Source: Longimicrobiales bacterium
GTDB lineage: Bacteria > Gemmatimonadota > Gemmatimonadetes > Longimicrobiales > Gaopeijiaceae
Length of the DNA stretch: 64,000 bases
Assembly (NCBI GenBank): GCA_965249725.1
Contig: CBDFMQ010000002.1
Span: 160,001-224,000 of the forward strand
Direction: 5' to 3'
Shown here: positions 59,972 to 64,000 of the stretch, in pieces
Layout of the letters: every line of letters starts with the position of its first letter
Numbering within the stretch: position 1 is the first letter of the stretch
Position numbers and translations under genes: made by a program
Notes under the pieces: model-generated
Seen by the model: only the letters and a program-made list of their open reading frames with translations
Told to the model about the DNA's origin: nothing
Databases searched by the model: none

Positions 59972-61309
59972 ATGAAAACGCACCACGCCCTAGTCCTTGC
60001 GCTTGCGGTGTTGGGCGCAGCACTCATACCGACTCGTGCGGTGCTCGCTCAGATCAACGAAGAGGAGCGCGGGAGTGACAACATCACGGTTCTGGCCCAC
60101 CTGCCCCTCGGGGAATTCCGCACCATCTCCGACGTGGAGGTCGAGCAGGACATGTCCAGGCCGTACGCCTATGTCGGTCGGCAGCTGGCGAGCGGTAGGC
60201 CACCGGAAACTCTGGTCGCGCGCGGCATGGACGTGGTCGACATCAGCGACGTCGAGAACCCGAAGGTCTTGCATCGGTGGCGGATCGAGAACCCCGACCT
60301 GCATGTGGGTGGCGGCGGTAAGGACATCAAGATCTTCAGCTGGAAGGATCGACATTACGCGGTCCTGGCGTTCCAGTTCCGGCAGGGGGGGCCGGATGCG
60401 GATCTGGGAGCCATCATCTTCGACGTCACCGATCTTCCAGAGAAGATCGAGGAGGTGGCCCGGATCCAGGGCCCCGGCGAGCTTGGCGGCTTCCACAACA
60501 TCTACGTCTACAAGCACTCCAACGGTCGGGTGCTGCTCTTCAGCACGGTTTCCGCTCCTCATGCCAACATCTACGACCTCGGGTATGTGGTCGAGGGGCG
60601 CGTCGATGAGGCGTTGGTGGCCAACGTCCCGGTTCCGGCGGAGGGTGGCAGGGGCTACCACGACTTCTACACAGGCTACCACCCCGATAGTGAGCAGGAC
60701 CGGTTCTACGGGGGTGGCACGGGCGGATACTACGTGTACAACGTCACCGATCTGGAGAACCCGGAGTTGCTGGTGAGCCTGACAGGGATCAACGGGGTGC
60801 GGAACGGGCACACCTTCACGCCTTCTCCCGACGGCCGCTATGTCGTAGCTGAGACGGAGTACCAGTATGCCCCCATCCGCATGTTCGATATCAAACCTGG
60901 TCTGGACGGTGAGGTGACGAACATCCGCCAACCGATCTCGGCTTGGACCGCCAACTGGCAGAATCTGGTCCACAACCACGAGGTGCGGTGGCCTCTCGTG
61001 TTCGTGTCCGGATACCGGGACGGCCTACAGATCTTCAGCCTCCAAGACCCCAAGAAGCCGAGGACCGTGGGTCATTACGACACGAACATCGGGCTCGAAG
61101 AAGGGGTCAACATCACGCACGGCGCGTGGGGTGTGGATGTCCGAAATGGCGACGGCCTGATCCTGATCTCCGACATGGAGACGGGCCTGTGGCTCTTCCA
61201 CATGGAGGGGTTCAACGGCTGGAACGGGTTGGACTACGGGCAGCCGAACATCTCTAGCGAGCAGGATTTCGTAAACGGGCCTGCAGTGCAGGCGGTGACG
61301 AGGAACTGA
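59972..61309 (+). CDS. Secreted beta-propeller protein, second subfamily (copy 6)
   Basis: Close paralogue of 36752-38101. Confidence 0.7.
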   Translation: MKTHHALVLALAVLGAALIPTRAVLAQINEEERGSDNITVLAHLPLGEFRTISDVEVEQDMSRPYAYVGRQLASGRPPETLVARGMDVVDISDVENPKVLHRWRIENPDLHVGGGGKDIKIFSWKDRHYAVLAFQFRQGGPDADLGAIIFDVTDLPEKIEEVARIQGPGELGGFHNIYVYKHSNGRVLLFSTVSAPHANIYDLGYVVEGRVDEALVANVPVPAEGGRGYHDFYTGYHPDSEQDRFYGGGTGGYYVYNVTDLENPELLVSLTGINGVRNGHTFTPSPDGRYVVAETEYQYAPIRMFDIKPGLDGEVTNIRQPISAWTANWQNLVHNHEVRWPLVFVSGYRDGLQIFSLQDPKKPRTVGHYDTNIGLEEGVNITHGAWGVDVRNGDGLILISDMETGLWLFHMEGFNGWNGLDYGQPNISSEQDFVNGPAVQAVTRN

Positions 61310-61436
61310 CTTGGGAAGGTGGCGCCGTTGCCCTTCTTCGTGGTGGCGGCCTAAAATACGATCTGCGGTAAGCGGTGGGCCGGGTCGAACGATTGGGCGC
61401 ATGACCGCGGAGTATCGAATCAAACGAGGTGGGAAC

Positions 61437-62756
61437 ATGAGAATGAATCGTACCGTAACGCTTGCGGCCCTTGCCGGGATGGTGTTCTTCGCCAGCAGCA
61501 CTGCGCTGTCGGCGCAGGACGACTCCGAAGAGCGTGGCAGCAGCAACATCGAAGTGGTCGCGCATATTCCGCTCGGCGTAGAGGTGTCGGACATCGAAGT
61601 CGAGCAGAACATGGACCGTCCGTACGTCTACGTCGCGCGGCAGCACCGCGGGCTGGACATTATCGACATCGCTGACCCTTACGACCCTGAGGTCATTCTC
61701 CGGTGGAGCTTCGACGACGCGGATGTGCACGTCGGATCCGCAGGAAAAGACATCAAGATCTTCGAGTACAACGGGCGGAACTACGTGGTGCACTCGGTCC
61801 AGTTCCGTCAGGGTGGCCCTGACGCCGACCTGGGTGCCGTCGTGTTCGACGCCACGGACCTCCCCGACGTCTCGACGTTCAATGAAGTCGGTCGCATCCA
61901 GGGCCCCGGAGAGCTCGGTGGATTCCACAACATCTACGTCTACCGGCACAGCAACGGCCGCCCGCTCCTGTTCGCCACCGTTTCCGGACCGTACGCCAAC
62001 GTGTACGACCTGGGCTATGTAGTGGACGGACGTGTGGACGAGGCTCTGGTCGCACAGGTTCCGGTGCCCGAGTCGCAGGCCGTAGCGGGATCGCGCGGAT
62101 ACCACGACTTCTACACCGGCTTCGACGCCGACAGCGAGCAGGATCGCTTCTATGGCGGCGGCACCGGTGGGTACTACGTCTACAACGTCACCGATCTCGA
62201 GAACCCCGAGCTGCTCGTCAGCCTCACGGGGATCAACGGGGTAACGCGTGGACACACGTTCACGCCCTCGCCGGACGGCCGCTACGTGGTCGCCGAGACC
62301 GAGTACCAGTACGCGCCGCTTCGCATCTTCGACCTGAAGCCGGGCCTGGACGGTGAAGTGACCAACATCCGCTCGCCGATCTCCGCTTGGACGGCCGACT
62401 GGGAGCACCTGTCTCACAACCACGAGGTGCGCTGGCCTTATGTGTTCGTTTCGGCCTATCTGGACGGTCTGCAGGTCTTCACGCTGTCCGATCCTGCGCA
62501 TCCAAAGACGATTGCCCACTACGACACGTATCTCGAGACCGCTGAGGACGAGATGGGTGCCATGAACGGCTCGTGGGGCGTCGATGTCCGCAATGAGGAC
62601 GGTCTCATTGTCATGTCCGACATCCAGACAGGCTTCTGGGCGTTCAAGATGGAAGGCTTCGCCGGTTGGAACGGGCTCGATTGGGGCGTGCCGAACATCT
62701 CCAGTGTGCAGGATTGGGAGAACGGGCCTGCCGTACAGGCGCGGACTCGCAACTAG
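61437..62756 (+). CDS. Secreted beta-propeller protein, second subfamily (copy 7)
   Basis: ATG 61437 after GAGGTG; close paralogue of copies 5 and 6. Confidence 0.7.
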   Translation: MRMNRTVTLAALAGMVFFASSTALSAQDDSEERGSSNIEVVAHIPLGVEVSDIEVEQNMDRPYVYVARQHRGLDIIDIADPYDPEVILRWSFDDADVHVGSAGKDIKIFEYNGRNYVVHSVQFRQGGPDADLGAVVFDATDLPDVSTFNEVGRIQGPGELGGFHNIYVYRHSNGRPLLFATVSGPYANVYDLGYVVDGRVDEALVAQVPVPESQAVAGSRGYHDFYTGFDADSEQDRFYGGGTGGYYVYNVTDLENPELLVSLTGINGVTRGHTFTPSPDGRYVVAETEYQYAPLRIFDLKPGLDGEVTNIRSPISAWTADWEHLSHNHEVRWPYVFVSAYLDGLQVFTLSDPAHPKTIAHYDTYLETAEDEMGAMNGSWGVDVRNEDGLIVMSDIQTGFWAFKMEGFAGWNGLDWGVPNISSVQDWENGPAVQARTRN

Positions 62757-62769
62757 AATTATTGGGCAG

Positions 62770-64000
62770 ATGAGAGTGCGGGCTTCCGCGCTTTCGCTCT
62801 TCGGCCTCGTCGCCTTGGTCGCTTGTGACCCGGGCGGCGAGGCCGTGTCGTTGTCGCCGGAGTTCTGGCCTGCGGGGGAGTTGGAGACCTACCTCGAACT
62901 CGGGAGCGTCCGTCAGCTGAGCCCTCCCGGAGTCCAGGCCGAGAACATCATGGTGGCGGGGATTACCACGGCCACGTCGGTCCGCGCCGGCTATGAGGCG
63001 TTACTACAGGGTGGATCTGCGGTGGACGCGGTCATGACGACTGCACTCACGGAGATCGCCCTGACCACTGGTGGCCCGGTCACGTTGGCCGGCGAGATGG
63101 TGATGGTGTACTTCGAGGCCGCCACTGGTGGTGTCCACTCGATGAGCGCCACGTACAACGCGGTCCTGGAGGAAAACGACCCGCTCACGATACCGCCTCA
63201 GGGGACGCCCAGCGGCCGGGCGACGTTGGTGCCGGGTGTCGCGGCCGGAATCGGTGCGGCGCACGAGCGCTTCGGGGTGCTCCCGTGGGCTGTGCTGTTC
63301 GAGCCGGCCATCTACTTCGCCGAGCACGGATTCGAGGTGAGCCCCACCAGGGCGGCGTACTTCGACGCGCGAGGTCACGTGCTCGCGCGGTATCCGGAGG
63401 GGCGGGACATCTTTCTGAAGGACGACGGCACGCCTTATGTGGAGGGTGATTGGATCACCCAGCCGGCCATGGCCCAGACGCTCAAGAACATGGCCGAGCA
63501 AGGCACGGACTATATCTACCGAGGTGAGTGGGGCGAGAAGCTCGTCGAGGCGGTGCAAGGAATCGACGGTCGCCTGACCATGGAGGACATGGATTCGTAC
63601 GAAGTCCTTTGGTCCGAGCCGGTGCATGCCACGTTTCGCGACTTCGACCTGTATGGATCGGCGTTGCCCAGCTACGGTGGGATCCACACCGCCGAGGCCT
63701 TCAACCTGTTCGAACTCGCGGACCTGCCGTCTCGAGGCCATCCGACCACGAGCCCTGAGTCGCTCTATTGGTTGTTGCAGATAGCCACCCTGCCCGAGCT
63801 CCTGAGTCCACCGTTGGCGGGAACCTTCCTCCCTGATGGACTCGTGGACCGCTACCTGCCCGGCGTGGATGTCTCGCCGGAGGGGAGGACCAGCAAGGCC
63901 ACCGCCTCCGAGCTGTGGGAGGCCATGCAGACGGATACATGGGTCGACGTGCACCAGGCGGTCGCCGAGGCGAGGGAAGCCGACGCCGCTGTCATCGAGA
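62770..64000 (+). CDS. Gamma-glutamyltransferase-family lipoprotein (runs off the window end)
   Basis: Manual translation from ATG 62770: lipobox LVAC, GGSAVDA, VPG...AHERFGVLPW..LFEPAI..AEHGF; absent from the ORF track because no stop falls inside the window. Confidence 0.8.
   Translation, partial: MRVRASALSLFGLVALVACDPGGEAVSLSPEFWPAGELETYLELGSVRQLSPPGVQAENIMVAGITTATSVRAGYEALLQGGSAVDAVMTTALTEIALTTGGPVTLAGEMVMVYFEAATGGVHSMSATYNAVLEENDPLTIPPQGTPSGRATLVPGVAAGIGAAHERFGVLPWAVLFEPAIYFAEHGFEVSPTRAAYFDARGHVLARYPEGRDIFLKDDGTPYVEGDWITQPAMAQTLKNMAEQGTDYIYRGEWGEKLVEAVQGIDGRLTMEDMDSYEVLWSEPVHATFRDFDLYGSALPSYGGIHTAEAFNLFELADLPSRGHPTTSPESLYWLLQIATLPELLSPPLAGTFLPDGLVDRYLPGVDVSPEGRTSKATASELWEAMQTDTWVDVHQAVAEAREADAAVIE

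Overview
GC-rich bacterial chromosome segment, dense with secreted hydrolases and oxidoreductases. The gene repertoire resembles Gemmatimonadota or Acidobacteriota (inference only). It holds about 48 CDS, including seven paralogues of a secreted His-rich LVIVD/choice-of-anchor-B-like beta-propeller (four in tandem at 2.5-8.3 kb), a TRAP transporter, and amidase, acylase and peptidase genes. The standout is a lower-GC island at about 38.1-43.3 kb. It contains a sigma70-like promoter, a ~210-nt structured leader closed by a 26-bp terminal stem whose only non-Watson-Crick pairs are four G-U wobbles, and three overlapping genes: a group II-like reverse transcriptase with a VGDD active site, an ABC-exporter half-transporter with a degenerate ATPase, and a membrane-anchored double-PLD protein. 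I do not recognise this ncRNA-RT-ABC-PLD combination as a described system. The second highlight is an MBL-fold/rhodanese gene split by an in-frame TGA at a conserved Cys position and followed by a SECIS-like hairpin, making it a candidate selenoprotein. I found no rRNA, tRNA, CRISPR array, integrase or transposase. All product calls come from motif recognition by eye, without database searches.
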